DNA of 64,000 nucleotides, taken from NCBI GenBank assembly GCA_950097015.1, contig CATNEN010000024.1, forward strand, positions 5,704,001 through 5,768,000. The letters run 5' to 3'. Shown here piece by piece: positions 22,881 to 37,045 of the stretch. The position numbers and the translations under genes are program-made. A model generated the notes under the pieces. The model was not told the origin of the DNA. It saw only the letters and a list, made by a program, of their open reading frames with translations, and did no database searches. This DNA comes from Macrostomum hystrix (taxonomy: Eukaryota; Animalia; Platyhelminthes). Position 1 is the stretch's first letter. Every line of letters begins with the position of its first letter.

Positions 22881-25800
22881 TCACTTTTGCTGCTGCTGCT
22901 GCTGACCGTTACCTAGCAACAGGGCGCGCGACTCCTCATAGTACTGATTGGGATGATTGATGCTAATCTCGTGATCTGCGCCCAGTTTGTGCACCGCCCG
23001 GAAATAGTCTCTGCAGGCGAGCTGGTACTGCGAGTCCCTGGCTCTGCAGGTGTAAGGTTAGGGTCAAAGCGATTGCTAATGCATTGTCTAACTTAGGCCA
23101 CATTTTCAAAGGCGCGTTTGAAGGCTGCGCACAGCTGTTCAGTCCGGGCGATTTCGTAGAAGAACTAAATCAACGCGGAATTCAGCTTTCCGCTAAGAGA
23201 AAAACAAAAAATTTTCCCGGAGCGAAGATTCCAACTCCCGACCTTTCGTTCAAAAGTCTAAAGCTCCCCCACCGGGCTTCTAACATCGAATTTATAGGGG
23301 TCAGTGGCAGAGCGGTTAACGCGTCTGTCTCTCGCGCCAAGGTCCCTGAGCTCGATTCCGCGGCGAGGCCACATTAATTGGGGCGCAGCCGCTGAGAGAA
23401 GGCTTTGGGGGCTTGTCGTGCAATTTACGCCCTTGAGGGCCAACCTCCAAGGCACAGTGGCGTGTACACTGCCTAACGATAAGAGAGTCAGAGCTGATGC
23501 ACACACCTGTGTGAGCGTATGCCCGCGTACAGTATCTGTGTGCGTGTGTGCTCAGGAGTCAGAAATGGGCAGAATTGCCTCGTCGCTGGCTGCGGGATCT
23601 AGTGTCACCAAATGATGTGCCATGGCCAGTAGCTCTCCTGCCATTATCATCATTATCAACATCGAATTCACTCTACCAACAGTAGCATTCACAGAAAATG
23701 AATACTTAAAAAACTGTTACCAAAACGGCCCCATTTAGGGTAACCAGCTCAGAATAGAACCTCAAAATCCTCAAATTAGGCTCCGTGTTCATACCTGGCC
23801 AAAATGGCCTGCGTCTGCTCCTGCCCGATGCCGGCAGCCTGCATTCGCTGGGCCAGCAGGTCGGCGCCGCAGTGCCGGAACGGGCAGCCGTGAAAGTCGC
23901 CTTGGCCAGGCTGGTTTACAGTGATGATGCGCATGCAGGAGTACGGACTGAAATCCGCTCGCTTGCCCTCCTTGCCGTAGTTGTAGCGAATGCCGTAGGC
24001 GTACTCCTTGGCGAATTTGTCGCCGTCGACTTTGCCGGCGAAGGCGCCGCGCCAGAATTTCAGAGCCTCCTCCAGAGGCATGCCGATGCCCTTCAGGAAT
24101 AGGCCGTACTGCAGCCTGCGACAGCAGGTGGTGGCAAGCAGGGGTTAATCAGTGCTATAGAATTTGTTTGTTAATAATCTCCAAACTGGTAGGGATAATC
24201 TCCAAACTGTTAGTGATAATCTCCAAACTGGTAGTGATAATCTCTAAACTGGTAGTGATAATCTCCAAACTGTTAGTGATAATCTCTAAACTGGTAGTGA
24301 TAATCTCCGAACTGGTAGTGATAATCTCTAAACTGGTAGGGATAATCTCCAAACTGGTAGTGATAATCTCAAAACTGGTAGGGATAATCTCCAAACTGGT
24401 AGTGATAATCTCCAAACTGGTAGGGATAATCTCCAAACTGGTAGTGATAATCTTCAAACTGGCAGTGATAATCTCCAAACTGGTAGGGATAATCTCCAAA
24501 CTGGTAGTGATAATCTTCAAACTGGCAGTGATAATCTCCAAACTGGTAGGGATAATCTCCAAACTGGTAGTGATAATCTTCAAACTGGCAGTGATAATCT
24601 CCAAACTGGTAGGGATAATCTCCAAACTGGCAGTGATAATCTCCAAACTGGTAGGGATAATCTCCAAACTGGTAGTGATAATCTCTAAACTGGTAGTGAT
24701 AATCTTCAAACTGGCAGTGATAATCTCCAAACTGGTAGGGATAATCTCCAAACTGGCAGTGATAATCTCCAAACTGGTAGGGATAATCTCCAAACTGGCA
24801 GTGATAATCTCCAAACTGGTAGTGATAATCTCCAAACTGGTAGGGATAATCTCCAAACTGGTAGTGATAATCTCTAAACTGTAGTGATACTCTCCAAACT
24901 GGTAGTGATAATCTCAAAACTGGTAGTGATAATCTTCAAACTGGTAGTGATAATCTCCAGACTGGTAGTGATAATCTCAAAACTGGTAGGGATAATCTCC
25001 AAACTGGTAGTGATAATCTCAAAACTGGTAGGGATAATCTCCAAACTGGTAGTGATAATCTCAAAACTGGTAGTGATAATCTCCAAACTGGTAGTGATAA
25101 TCTCCAAACTGGTAGGGATAATCTCCAAACTGGTAGTGATAATCTTCAAACTGGCAGTGATAATCTCAAAACTGGTAGTGATAATCTTCAAACTGGCAGT
25201 GATAATCTCCAAACTGGTAGGGATAATCTCCAAACTGGTAGTGATAATCTCTAAACTGTAGTGATACTCTCCAAACTGGTAGTGATAATCTCAAAACTGG
25301 TAGTGATAATCTCAAAACTGGTAGGGATAATCTCCAAACTGGTAGTGATAATCTCAAAACTGGTAGGGATAATCTCCAAACTGGCAGTGATAATCTCAAA
25401 ACTGGTAGTGATAATCTTCAAACTGGCAGTGATAATCTCCAAACTGGTAGGGATAATCTCCAAACTGGTAGTGATAATCTCTAAACTGTAGTGATACTCT
25501 CCAAACTGGTAGTGATAATCTCAAAACTGGTAGTGATAATCTTCAAACTGGTAGTGATAATCTCCAGACTGGTAGGGATAATCTCCAAACTGGTAGTGAT
25601 AATCTCCAAACTGGTAGTGATAATCTCTAAACTGGTAGTGATAATCTCTAAACTGGTAGTGATAATCTCCAAACTGGTAGTGATAATCTCAAAACTGGTA
25701 GGGATAATCTCCAAACTGGTAGTGATAATCTCCAAACTGGTAGTGATAATCTCAAAACTGGTAGGGATAATCTCCAAACTGGTAGTGATAATCTCCAAAC

Positions 25801-28532
25801 TGGTAGGGATAATCTCCAAACTGGTAGTGATAATCTCCAAACTGGTAGGGATAATCTCCAAACTGGTAGTGATAATCTCAAAACTGGTAGGGATAATCTC
25901 CAAACTGGTAGTGATAATCTCCAAACTGGTAGTGATAATCTCAAAACTGGTAGGGATAATCTCCAAACTGGTAGTGATAATCTCCAAACTGGTAGGGATA
26001 ATCTCCAAACTGGTAGTGATAATCTCCAAACTGGTAGTGATAATCTCCAAACTGGTAGTGATAATCTCCAAACTGGTAGTGATAATCTTCAAACTGGTAG
26101 TGATAATCTCCAAACTGGTAGGGATAATCTCCAAACTGGTAGGGATAATCTCCAAACTGGTAGTGATAATCTCCAAACTGGTAGTGATAATCTCCAAACT
26201 GGTAGGGATAATCTCCAAACTGGTAGTGATAATCTCCAAACTGGTAGTGATAATCTCCAAACTGGTATTGATAATCTCCAAACTGGTAGTGATAATCTCA
26301 AAACTGGTAGGGATAATCTCCAAACTGGTAGTGATAATCTCCAAACTGGTAGTGATAATCTCCAAACTGGTAGGGATAATCTCCAAACTGGTAGGGATAA
26401 TCTCCAAACTGGCAGTGATAATCTCTAAACTGGTAGTGATAATCTCCAAACTGGTAGTGATAATCTCCAAACTGGTAGTGATAATCTCCAAACTGGTAGG
26501 GATAATCTCCAAACTGGTAGGGATAATCTCCAAACTGGTGGGGGAGTAATTTGTCGACTAAGAGGGATAATTAGAAAAATATAATAGGATGTTTTCAAAC
26601 ACGAAGCGCAAATGAGTTTTAAACATGAGTTAATATATGCAATAAAACTTGCTATTTAATAAAAGGGTACAAGGGAATGTATATACGAGGCTACAGTAAG
26701 CTCAGAGCTCTGTACAGCTGTTCAGTCCATGGACTGGAGATGCCTCTACACGCACCCAATTTTATTCCCTAGCTGATCCTGGCACCCATTCAAAGGATGG
26801 GTAAACGGAAGCACTAGGAAAGGCCTTTTTATTAGTTTTTGCTCAATGAAATTTTTACATTGGGGTGCGACACGAACTCCTGACTTCTCTGGGTTTAAAG
26901 CTCCCTGTACAGCCACAGGCTCATGTAAGGACCTATTAAGCTAACATAATTAGAAAACCACAGAATTCCTCGACAAAGTCTTACCTGGCAAAGTGGCGCA
27001 GGTGGTGGTCCCTGCGCAGCGCCGCATGCAGGTGCTGCATACAAGGTGGAAAGCTGACCTTGGCCAGCTGGTCAACCTGGCCGCTGAGCACCACCCCGCC
27101 GGGACCATCACCCTTAGCCGACCAATCGTCGGTGCCCAAATTCTTGGCAATGGCGCCCAGCAGCGGGACTAGGCGGGCGTCCTCGCCCAGGTAGGGCAAG
27201 GCCCGGCAGGCCACGGCCAATTGGTGCGACAGGTGGGCCCGGAAGCGCGTGGTTGCCATGGAGACAACGCCGGACTCGGGCACGTAGGCGAAGCCGTCGC
27301 GAAGGTAGACTCGCCTAGACCGGACAAGGTCCAGGGCCTCGGTGAAGTGGGCCCGATAGAAAGCGACGGTGGCCAACTCGGCGTCGCTGCTGATGCCGGG
27401 CGTGGCTGCCAGCAGCTCGGAGGCCAGGTCGGAGCGCTCGGCGGATGTCACGGCGTCAAACTGGATGCCGTTAGCTGACAGGAAGGCGGCCACTGCGCTG
27501 AACCGGCCGGATCGGGATCTGCGGAATGGGATTGTTTGCACGTTTCGTGAAAATAATCTACCGAATTGGAGGGCATTTTATAAGAAAATAAAAGTACAAT
27601 TATTGAACACAGATAAATAAGAGTCGCAGCTCACTGAATGGGATAGAGTAGTAGCGGACTTAAGGGGGTAGAGCGGCAACACGCAGGGATATTTTTGGCT
27701 GTCTTTATCGTCGCCATTCGTCGGGTCTGTTTTAGACAAAAAAATTATCGATTAAATAAAAAACGGTTATAAATTGCTCGTAGTCTGATTTTTATCGGTT
27801 TCTGTTACGGTTGCCTGTTGAAGGGAAGAACAGCCTTGTGAAGGGGAAGAACAGCCTGTTGAAGGGGAAGAACAGCCTGGTGAAGGAGAAGAACAGCCTG
27901 GTGAAGGGGAAGAACAGCCTGGTGAAGGGGAAGAACAGCCTGGTGAAAGGGGAAGAACAGCCTGGTGATGGGGAAGAACAGCCTGGTGAAGGGGGAGAAC
28001 AGCCTGGTGAAGGGGGAAGAACAGCCTGGTGAAGGGGGAGAACAGCAGGGGAAGAACAGCCTGGTGAAGGGGTAGAGCGGCAGTCCACAGGAAGGGCAGA
28101 GCGGAAGTCCCCATACCTGTCGGCAGTCTGCTCCAGCTGGAAGCGCAGCCGGAACAGGTCCGTCTCCTGGGAGATGAACCATCGACGCTGATCCTCGCTG
28201 CGACACATTGCCAGCCGCAGCAGGAAGTGGCTCAGGACGTCGCGTCGAATCTCATCGCGAGCTCGAATGCCGTCGACGTGCACGCCGCTGGTAGTCAGCA
28301 GTGAGGGACCAAGCTCCAGCTTCCCGAGCTTCATCTTCAATCGCTCCGTGTACTCCTTGGAGCCCTTGACCATGTCCTGACCGACCTCTTCAACAGCTTT
28401 GAGCAGTCGAAGCCTTGCTACGCATAGATTCTGGACGGTGTCCAACTGCTCACTGCCAGATGGTGGGTCGTTGTAGAACTGGAGACGAATCAATGGCTCA
28501 AGCGTGGAGCCCTTGGACTCAATGATTTCCAT
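22881..28532 (-). CDS. PRIM2: DNA primase large subunit (p58), 4 exons, about 477 aa
   Basis: Exons 28532-28117, 27518-26985, 24115-23795, 23043-22881 (1434 nt). Motifs: [30 protein letters not shown]...[51 protein letters not shown]. All four 4Fe-4S cysteines are present. Confidence 0.96.
23297..23598 (+). mobile_element. tRNA-derived SINE family A, near full length, in PRIM2 intron 3
   Basis: Head GTGGCAGAGCGGTTAA...GAGCTCGATTCC. The body (GTCGTGCAATTTACGCCCTTGAGGGCC...GAAATGGGCAGAATTGCC) matches the copies at 12637, 37698 and 51752. Confidence 0.88.
24168..26540. repeat. 21-nt minisatellite (AAACTGGTAGTGATAATCTCC)n, about 112 copies, in PRIM2 intron 2
   Basis: Direct copies; source of the IISKLVV / EIITTSL ORFs. 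Confidence 0.97.
26716..26915 (-). mobile_element. SINE family B (CORE-type) copy in PRIM2 intron 2
   Basis: Reverse complement has the head GTCAGGAGTTCGTGTCGC, the core TTGAGCAA...GTGCTTCCGTTTACCCATCCTTTGAATGGG, and the CAGTCCATGGACTGAACAG tail. Confidence 0.7.
27820..28075. repeat. About 22-nt repeat (GAAGGGGGAAGAACAGCCTGGT)n in PRIM2 intron 1
   Basis: About 11 copies. Confidence 0.9.
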
Positions 28533-31500
28533 GGAGGCTGTAACTAGACAGATTTGATCAATTTCTTGCAAGAATGTCGTTTTGAATGGATTAAAAAATA
28601 GTTCCTACGAATAAAATATTGGACAAATGAACATAAAACTGCATGTGTAGTTTAAAAAAGTTCTAAAAATTGTCATTATCATACCATTTTGAATTATGCA
28701 TGCAATTTTTTTAACTAAATAAAATTGCATTACTAAAGTTTCTTAGGACAAGCTTGGGAATCACACAGCCATTTTTGATTAGCCTAATTCTATAGATTAA
28801 AAATATAGATTGGTATGCCACTTTAGCCATTTTGACTAATAGACAGGCTTAAAGTCTTCATGTAGTTACGATTTCATCCAACAGCAACCCTTTGGGAACA
28901 GCCAGGTCAATCTATGAATTATGTAACTGATTTTCTGCTTCACATTTTTATATGAAACTTAAAGGATAAGCTTGTTGCTAAGTTTAGGATAGCTAATTTC
29001 AAAAAGTTAAATCAAATTATTCACCCCTAATTGATCAATAAAAATAGATATTGACAAAACTGATGTTAAAGTGTATATCATACATTCCATAGGGGCCTAT
29101 CTGATTGCATATCACTAGGTAGTATACACTAACAGGAATAAGACAATATAGGCTAGTTGCGAAGGTATGTACCTATAAACAGTCAAGTATAGATAATAAA
29201 AAGTTTAAAAACAACAGAGCTAGGCAAGTGTGATGGAGGCAAAGGACAAAAACTAGAAGGTGGAGAGAGAAAAGTTGTAAAATAATTTACAAAGAGAAGT
29301 GTTTTTAAAAATAATTTTAGACAAGGCTTAGCATTCACTGTCACTTTGTAGCAAGCATGCAGTCCCATAGTGTGGATCATGTAAAGTGCATGCGAGAAAC
29401 AACCCAAAACTAATCCCCAAAAGCACACTGACAGCAAGCAAATGCACGCCGATGCATGCCAACTATGGAAAACAAACCAGGACTAGGACTACTAACCACA
29501 GGTAACTTGTCTTAATGTCACTTATGCCTAAATACAGTTTATGTCCTGGGAGTTTGATTATCTATGTGGCTACAGAAGAATTAGCAAGTAGCAGGGTCCA
29601 GCCACTTGCAGTAATTCCTACATACAAAGTTTGATTCTCTTGTGTGTTTAAAAATTTACTTGGGTTCATCTTAGATTTGTCAGTGTAAAGTCCTTGCATG
29701 ATGTACAAATACTTTTTGAGGTTGTGTATTTATAAATTACATTATGAAAAATTAAAAAATATGAAAAATTAAAAAATATGAAAAAGCACAGTTTAGCAAT
29801 TTTTGTTTCTTTGAGCAGGTGATAATCACTGAAAAAAATGTGGTCATAAGGATTGCCAATTAAAAGGAAGGAGAAAAATGAGCAAAAATAAGATAAACTG
29901 ACAGGGAATGCTAAAATTAAAATATTAAAAATGAAAGTTTATTATTCAAAGTTGAATTTTTTATGTCCCAAATTTGAGATTTATATTTCTAAATTCACTA
30001 GGGCAAAGGCCATAGAAATTTAGCTAAGCATACTAGGCCCTAATTTAAAACTGAAAATAAGAATGGGTAAAATAATTTCTACAGACTGATAGGCCTAATT
30101 TAATTAGGAATAGGGTAGAGTGGCTTAATGAACAAGAACACAAAAGTAGTGTTTCTTCTTTTAAAGTTAAAGTTTAAAGTAAAGTTATTGCTAGATAACT
30201 TTAGGTTTCTAAAGCATAGGCCCTATGCAAAATATTTTGCTGTCAAGTTGTTAAAAATATTTTTAAGGACCCACTGAAAAGCATGCACTATTTGATTAAT
30301 TAATAAATTTTGTTTAACAAAGCTTAAAAAGACATATATAGTTCAATCTTTTTGGTAAGTTCCAAACTCTAAGGTATAGCCATAGGGTCTACGAGTTAGC
30401 AGCAGGAGTAGGACAGGAGTGTACACTGCCTGAAAATGAGAAAGTCAGGGCAGATAGGCCTTACACACTTCTGTTACAGCATATGTGTTATAGATTAGCT
30501 ATGTGTTTGCGTGTATGTGAACATGTTTAGGAGTTATTAGTCTTAGGACAGAATTACCTAAGACTTAAATTTACTACGATTTAGCGCAAAGAAGAAACTT
30601 ATATGCTTTGGAGTTCATGTTCACGTGCTTCTTGCGTAGTGTTGATGTTTGATGTTTTAAAAGGTAAAATATTAAAAACATTTTCTTTCTTTCCTGCTTA
30701 ACAATATCCATATTATGTAACATAAGAATGCTAAAATGAAAAATATTTACGGTTTTTATAACATTATTATCCAATTTTGTTATACTTTTATTAGCTTCCG
30801 ATAAAAATATAGCATACAATTTTGCGATACAATCATTTGTCACCAGGTTTTGAAGCCTTAAGAACTGGAGTGAAGTTTTAATTACTTAAATCAAGAAGCC
30901 TCTTTGCTCAGCACAACTGGTTCCGCCGTTCACCAACAGTTAAACCATCCAGTATCTTAAAGTCATTCAGCACATGGCCTAATGCTAATTACATGTGGCC
31001 AACAGCTGTTTTTATCAAGCCAATTCCTCCCCTCAGGACTGCGTAAAAAATTCGACGAAGTATGCGATGCATGGAGTTTTTACATATTTCTGCATCGATT
31101 TTACGCAATAAACGGCATTTAAACACGAAGTTTTGGAGCAAGATAATGCCGATTTGTTTCCAGTCAAATTAGATTTTTACATATCCAGATGCAACTCACA
31201 TGGCCCATCTCAAGCGCATAAAAATCGAGGTGCTAGCCATCGCCAAAATCGTCGATGGACTCAGCAGCTAGCTGTACAAATTTTTGAAAGCTTGACATGC
31301 AATGGCTGCGGCTGTGCTACTGGCTGTACGTTTGACCCAATTGGGTAAAAAGCATAAATCTATTTAGTCTACTTCTAATATATTTTGGAGCCACATTGAA
31401 GAAAATCAAGATGAATTACTCCAACATGAGACTGCAGTGACTACAAAAATCGCCCGAGACAAGTAGGGCAATCGTTAGACAGCACAAGGCTTTAAATGGT

Positions 31501-31737
31501 CTATTCGAAATTGCTTCCTTGTATTTAAGAAAATGCGCTTAAAATAAAATTATCGTCACACAACTGACTGAATATTACACAAGAATATTACCATGGCACA
31601 TGAGATTTCTGACTTTTAAATATGTAAACATGCTCGAAAAAACGCGCCCTTACATGATCCCGCACAGGAAATCTATAAAAAAGGTCCGAAACTTCAGGCA
31701 CCCGAGTCTTCGTAATCGCATTCTACAGCGACTCTTA

Positions 31738-32260
31738 AAATCACACCCTGCAGTGATCAGATTCATCAAAATCACACCCTGCAGTGATCAGATTCATCAA
31801 AATCACACCCTGCAGTGATCAGATTCATCAAAATCACACCCTGCAGTGATCAGATTCATCAAAATCACACCCTGCAGTGATCAGATTCATCAAAATCACA
31901 CCCTGCAGTGATCAGATTCATCAAAATCACATCCTGCAGTGATCAGATTCATCAAAATCACACCCTGCAGTGATCAGATTCATCAAAATCACACCCTGCA
32001 GTGATCAGATTCATCAAAATCACACCCTGCAGTGATCAGATTCATTAAAATCACACCCTGCAGTGATCAGATTCATCAAAATCTCATCCTTCAGTGACCT
32101 CATTTTCATCAAAATCTCATCCTACACTTATCTGATTCATCAAATTCCCATCCTTCAGTGATCTGATTTTTCAAAATCTCAGCCTTTAGTGACCAGATTT
32201 TTTCTAAATCTCATTCTTCAGTGACCTTATTCTTCAAAATCTCATCTTACAGCGACCTGG
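31738..32260. repeat. 31-nt minisatellite (AAAATCACACCCTGCAGTGATCAGATTCATC)n, perfect on the left and decaying to the right
   Basis: Period 31 (TCACACCCT at 31741 and 31772). Confidence 0.93.
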
Positions 32261-33576
32261 CTGCTGGAGTTAGGGTGAAAAATCGAACTCAAAATGTGCG
32301 TAGAGCTGATTCAAACTCGATAAAAAACTAGACAGCAAGCACAGATGCATGCCAAATAAAATTAGAGACGATAAAAGTCTATTGCTAACGCGAAGACAAC
32401 ATGCCAAAGAGACAGACATGGACACAAATGACAACTTTAAGCCTAGCGCTACTCACAATAACTGACGATGCGGGAAGTTAACATGCACCCAGATCAGAGT
32501 TGCTTCACAAAGACTGCAATATTATATTAGTATTATAAAAGATACTTGTCATAAACGACAACAGAAGATAAGTAAAAGTTTTTTCTGCGAACACGGCACA
32601 ATTGTTTGCCACCAGAGCAGATAAAATGCTAAACAAAAAAATTATTAGAAATGACAGACTGGCCCTATTAAAGCGCTTACTTGAAGACTTGTAGCCTAAG
32701 AAACAGCGATAACTATGAATAAAAAGATTACTTAGGAACCTACTGACATTGTCATAATCATTTAACTCGCGACTAAAATATATTTAATTTTGCATAAAAC
32801 TACAGCAATCAAAACAAAACGATAGGAAATTGATGGCCAAGGGAGCAAACAAGAAAGTATGAGAGGGAGATTGGAGGCTGAGAAAGTGTGAGATTAGGAA
32901 CAATCGTGAGTGTAAGAAGGAGAAGAGAGTGGGGATTTGTTGATAGAAAGCACGGAATAATAGAACCTGGTAAGCAGGTAATCGACTCATAAGTTGGAAA
33001 CAGGCTAAAATGCAAACGGTTGATAACAGCAAATAGGCTATAAGCAAAGAGTATTGAGGTCGCCTAGTATATCTAGAGTGCCAATAAGGACGAAAATCTG
33101 AAGCCGATTTTTAGAATCCACCCACCCCCTCCGGTCACCAAGCTTTTTAGTCTATGGCAAAGCTGTGGCTAGAATGGTGTACAAAGCACAGCCATGCCAC
33201 TTCCTGCTTATTTGCTCATAGTACTGTTTTCTTTCGCTTTGCCTGTTTATCACTTATGTTTTTGTCTTTTCGACTCTGCTGCAAGAATCCTGCTCAACTT
33301 CTTTTCTCCTTACATAATGCAATCAATGTACGTACGGTTGCAGAATAGATACAGAAATAAAGTCTTGAGGACGTTTTAAGCATACATGGTATTCGTCCAG
33401 CTACATTAGCTACTTGTATTTTTCCACGTATACTCGTATTTTTGAGCATTGGCTTTGTACACTATTCTAGCCACAACTTGTACCAGATTTTTGTCATTTT
33501 GGCACTCTATACTAGGCGACCTCAGTACTCTTTGGCTAGAAGTGGTTTGCTGAATGCTTAAAGTTATCAAGAAATT

Positions 33577-35322
33577 TTAACATCCAGCAGCGCTTTCGCA
33601 TCCATCTGGAAGTAGGCGACAGACATAGAACACAAGATAGTCGGCCTCATCGTCTGTGATGGCGCAGTCCTCTCCGGCGATGATTTGATTGTCGGTCATG
33701 ACTGGCAGATACAGTGCCGTTGGCCACCCGGGTTGTATAGCGAATATGTCGGCCCAGTCGCACTCAGCGCGGGCTACCAAAGCAGATGAGATGATTTGGG
33801 GAGAATGCCATGAGCCGCCTAGTGCGGCTGCTACAGTGCGCCAGGCTAATTTGCGGCAGGCGCCGCGTGGCCGGGTGCGCAGAAACGCGGCCAGCAAGGC
33901 GCGCCAAACACTGTCGGGCAGATCGACTCGCTGCGGCTTCTGCGGAATCGAAACATTTTCCTGTTTCAAATTATTCATTAGCCCTGGCGGTGTTTTCTGT
34001 TCGGACTGTCGTTGTTGTTGTTGTTGCTGCTGCTGCTGCTGCTGCGGTGGCTGCTTCTGTTGCGACTGTCTCTCAATGAAGCAGTCCTGCGTAGCTTTGT
34101 TCAAAGCCGAGCTCAGGTTTCGTGCTCGAGCTGAAGCGATGCGTGAAGAAACAAATTATATGAGTCGAAGGTCCCTGTCTAGTAACGGTTCGATAACGGA
34201 GAGATAGCGCACGGCTTTTGAGTGCAGCAACGCTTAGGAGACGAGTGCGTGAAGCGCACTTGCACACTGTCTATGGTAAATCTTGGCACTATTTTGTCTC
34301 AGCTAGTGTCCAAACCATTCTTCAGTGCTTTTTCACTCCATCTCTCGAAAATTAATCATCGTATCGCATTGACATAATCCACCTCACCGACGTCTAGACT
34401 TCGCGATAAAAGGCACTACTGGCACATCATCTGGTGACACAAGACCCGCACCGAGCGAGAAGCAATTCTGGCCATTCCGCTGACTCCTGACCACATAGGC
34501 ACACATACTTACGAAGGCATACACTCACACAGGTGTGGACATCTGCCCTGACTTTCTAATTGTACACTCACTGTTCCTTAGGCAGCTAAAGTTGCACCAT
34601 TAAGCCCGAATGAAAGTGGCTTCGTCGCGGATTCGAGCTCCGCAGTGCGAAAGATCGTCAACTCATGCTACTCAACCCCAGAAGAATTTTAGTTACCTAA
34701 TTAAAACGAATAAACAGACTAAGTCGACATGGAACTTACCAACACCTTCAATAGCAGTCTCCCTCTTCTGGGTAGTAGAGCTAGAGCTATTATGATAGCT
34801 GCTAACTTGACCACCAGACAATCTCGGAGGCCTAGCTGCTGGGGTGAACCTACTACTAGTACTAGTACTAACAGCAGTATTAGACAGACTTCTTTGGTTT
34901 TTACGAATTGGTGGTCCCCTGTAGCCAGTGCCGCTGCCGATGGCTCGGTGATCATTATAAGCGCCAATTGGAACAGCGTCCATTAGCACGTGCGATCGCC
35001 TGTTGGCACGGCTGACGTAGGCTATGCTACGACTATTATTCAAATCGCCGCTGCTTAGCCTCTGATTCTTGATTAGGCTCTCAATGTGGCTGGTATTGGC
35101 GTTCGACAGGCCGTGAACTAGGCATCCGCCGGCCGATAGGCGCACAGTGTCCCGCATGTCGTTGAGCATATCCGACAGGCTGGCATAGCCGTAAAGCTCA
35201 TAGTCTAGCGGCTTGCCAGACAATTTTTTAAACTCATTGGGCAGCTGGTGCAATGGAATAGTGCCGCTCTTCGTTGATAAGAGGGTTGCTCGCAGGTTAA
35301 TTTTTAAATCTTCGAACTCCAT
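33577..35322 (-). CDS. LOTUS (OST-HTH) domain protein, TDRD5/TDRD7-like N-terminus, 2 exons, about 378 aa
   Basis: Exons 35322-34740 and 34130-33577 (1137 nt, phase-1 intron). The N-terminus LRATLLSTKSGTIPLHQLPNEFKKLSGKPLDYELYGYASLSDML...NTSHIESLIKNQR matches the extended LOTUS pattern. A poly-Q linker and a second degenerate LOTUS-like segment follow. Confidence 0.85.
34491..34680 (-). mobile_element. Diverged SINE family A-related copy in the LOTUS-gene intron
   Basis: CACAGGTGTGGACATCTGCCCTGACTTTCT and TCGCGGATTCGAGCTC match the reverse complement of family A. Confidence 0.65.
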
Positions 35323-35444
35323 TTTGCCTGAAGTGCAGACGTAGATTATTTAGTGTCTTCATTAACGACTGACTGTACCGACTAGGCTAGACTAAAAATA
35401 TACTACACTTTTGGGTGGCAGAGTCGCATTAGATGGAATGTGGA

Positions 35445-37045
35445 AGACGCGGAGATCCACCAAAGACACAGGAAACATAAAGAGGCGGTGATTCGCCAGA
35501 GACACGGGAACGGGGAAACATAAAGAGGCGGTGATTCGCCAGAGACACAGGAAACATAAAGAGGCGGTGATTCGCCAGAGACACGGGAAACATAAAGAGG
35601 CGGTGATTCGCCAGAGACACAGGAAACATAAAGAGGCGGTGATTCGCCAGAGACACGGGAAACATAAAGAGGCGGTGATTCGCCAAAGATACAGGAAACA
35701 TAAAGAGGCGGTGATTCGTCAAAGACACGGGAAACATAAAGAGGCGGTGATTCGCCAAAGACACGGGAACGGGGAAACATAAAGAGGCGGTGATTCGCCA
35801 GAGACACGGGAAACATAAAGAGGCGGTGATTCGTCAAAGACACGGGAAACATAAAGAGGCGGTGATTCGCCAAAGACACGGGAAACATAAAGAGGCGGTG
35901 ATTCGCCAAAGACACGGGAAACATAAAGAGGCGGTGATTCGCCAGAGACACGGGAAACATAAAGAGGCGGTGATTCGCCAGAGACACGGGAAACATAAAG
36001 AGGCGGTGATTCGCCAGAGACACGGGAAACATAAAGAGGCGGTGATTCGCCAGAGACACGGGAAACATAAAGAGGTGGTGATTCGCCAGAAACACGGGAA
36101 ACATAAAGAGGCGGTGATTCGCCAGAGACACGGGAAACATAAAGAGGCGGTGATTCGTCAAAGACACGGGAAACATAAAGAGGCGGTGATTCGTCAAAGA
36201 CACGGGAAACATAAAGAGGCGGTGATTCGCCAAAGACACGGGAAACATAAAGAGGCGGTGATTCGCCAAAGACACAGGAAACATAAAGAGGCGGTGATTC
36301 GCCAAAGATACAGGAAACATAAAGAGGCGGTGATTCGTCAAAGACACGGGAAACAGAAAGAGGCGGTGATTCGCCAAAGACACGGGAAACATAAAGAGGC
36401 GGTGATTCGCCAAAGACACGGGAAACATAAAGAGGCGGTGATTCGCCAAAGACACGGGAAACATAAAGAGGCGGTGATTCGCCAAAGACACGGGAAACAT
36501 AAAGAGGCGGTGATTCGCCAGAGACACGGGAAACATAAAGAGGCGGTGATTCGCCAGAGACACGGGAAACATAAAGAGGCGGTGATTCGCCAGAGACACG
36601 GGAAACATAAAGAGGCGGTGATTCGCCAGAGACACGGGAAACATAAAGAGGCGGTGATTCGCCAGAGACACGGGAAACATAAAGAGGCGGTGATTCGTCA
36701 AAGACACGGGAAACATAAAGAGGCGGTGATTCGCCAAAGACACGGGAAACATAAAGAGGCGGTGATTCGCCAAAGACACGGGAAACATAAAGAGGCGGTG
36801 ATTCGCCAGAGACACGGGAAACATAAAGAGGCGGTGATTCGTCAAAGACACAGGAAACAGAGGCGGCGATTCGCCAAAGACACAGGAAACAGAGGCGGCG
36901 ATTCACCAAAGACACAGGAAACAGAGGCGGCGATTCGCCAAAGACACAGGAAACAGAGGCGGCGATTCACCAAAGACACAGGAAACAGAGGCGGCGATTC
37001 ACCAAAGACACAGGAAACAGAGGCGGCGATTCACCAAAGACAGGA
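35445..37045. repeat. 36-nt minisatellite (GACACGGGAAACATAAAGAGGCGGTGATTCGCCAGA)n, with a shorter ~32-nt variant at the right end
   Basis: Direct copies; source of the IRQRHGKHKEAV ORFs. Confidence 0.97.

Noticed and set aside
24155-26549. Long repetitive ORFs on both strands
   Set aside because: 21-nt array inside PRIM2 intron 2.
31140-31350. GC-richer segment with a minus-strand donor (GGCCAT|GTGAGT) as a further LOTUS-gene exon
   Set aside because: All minus frames tested contain stops; at most a non-coding PRIM2 5' exon.
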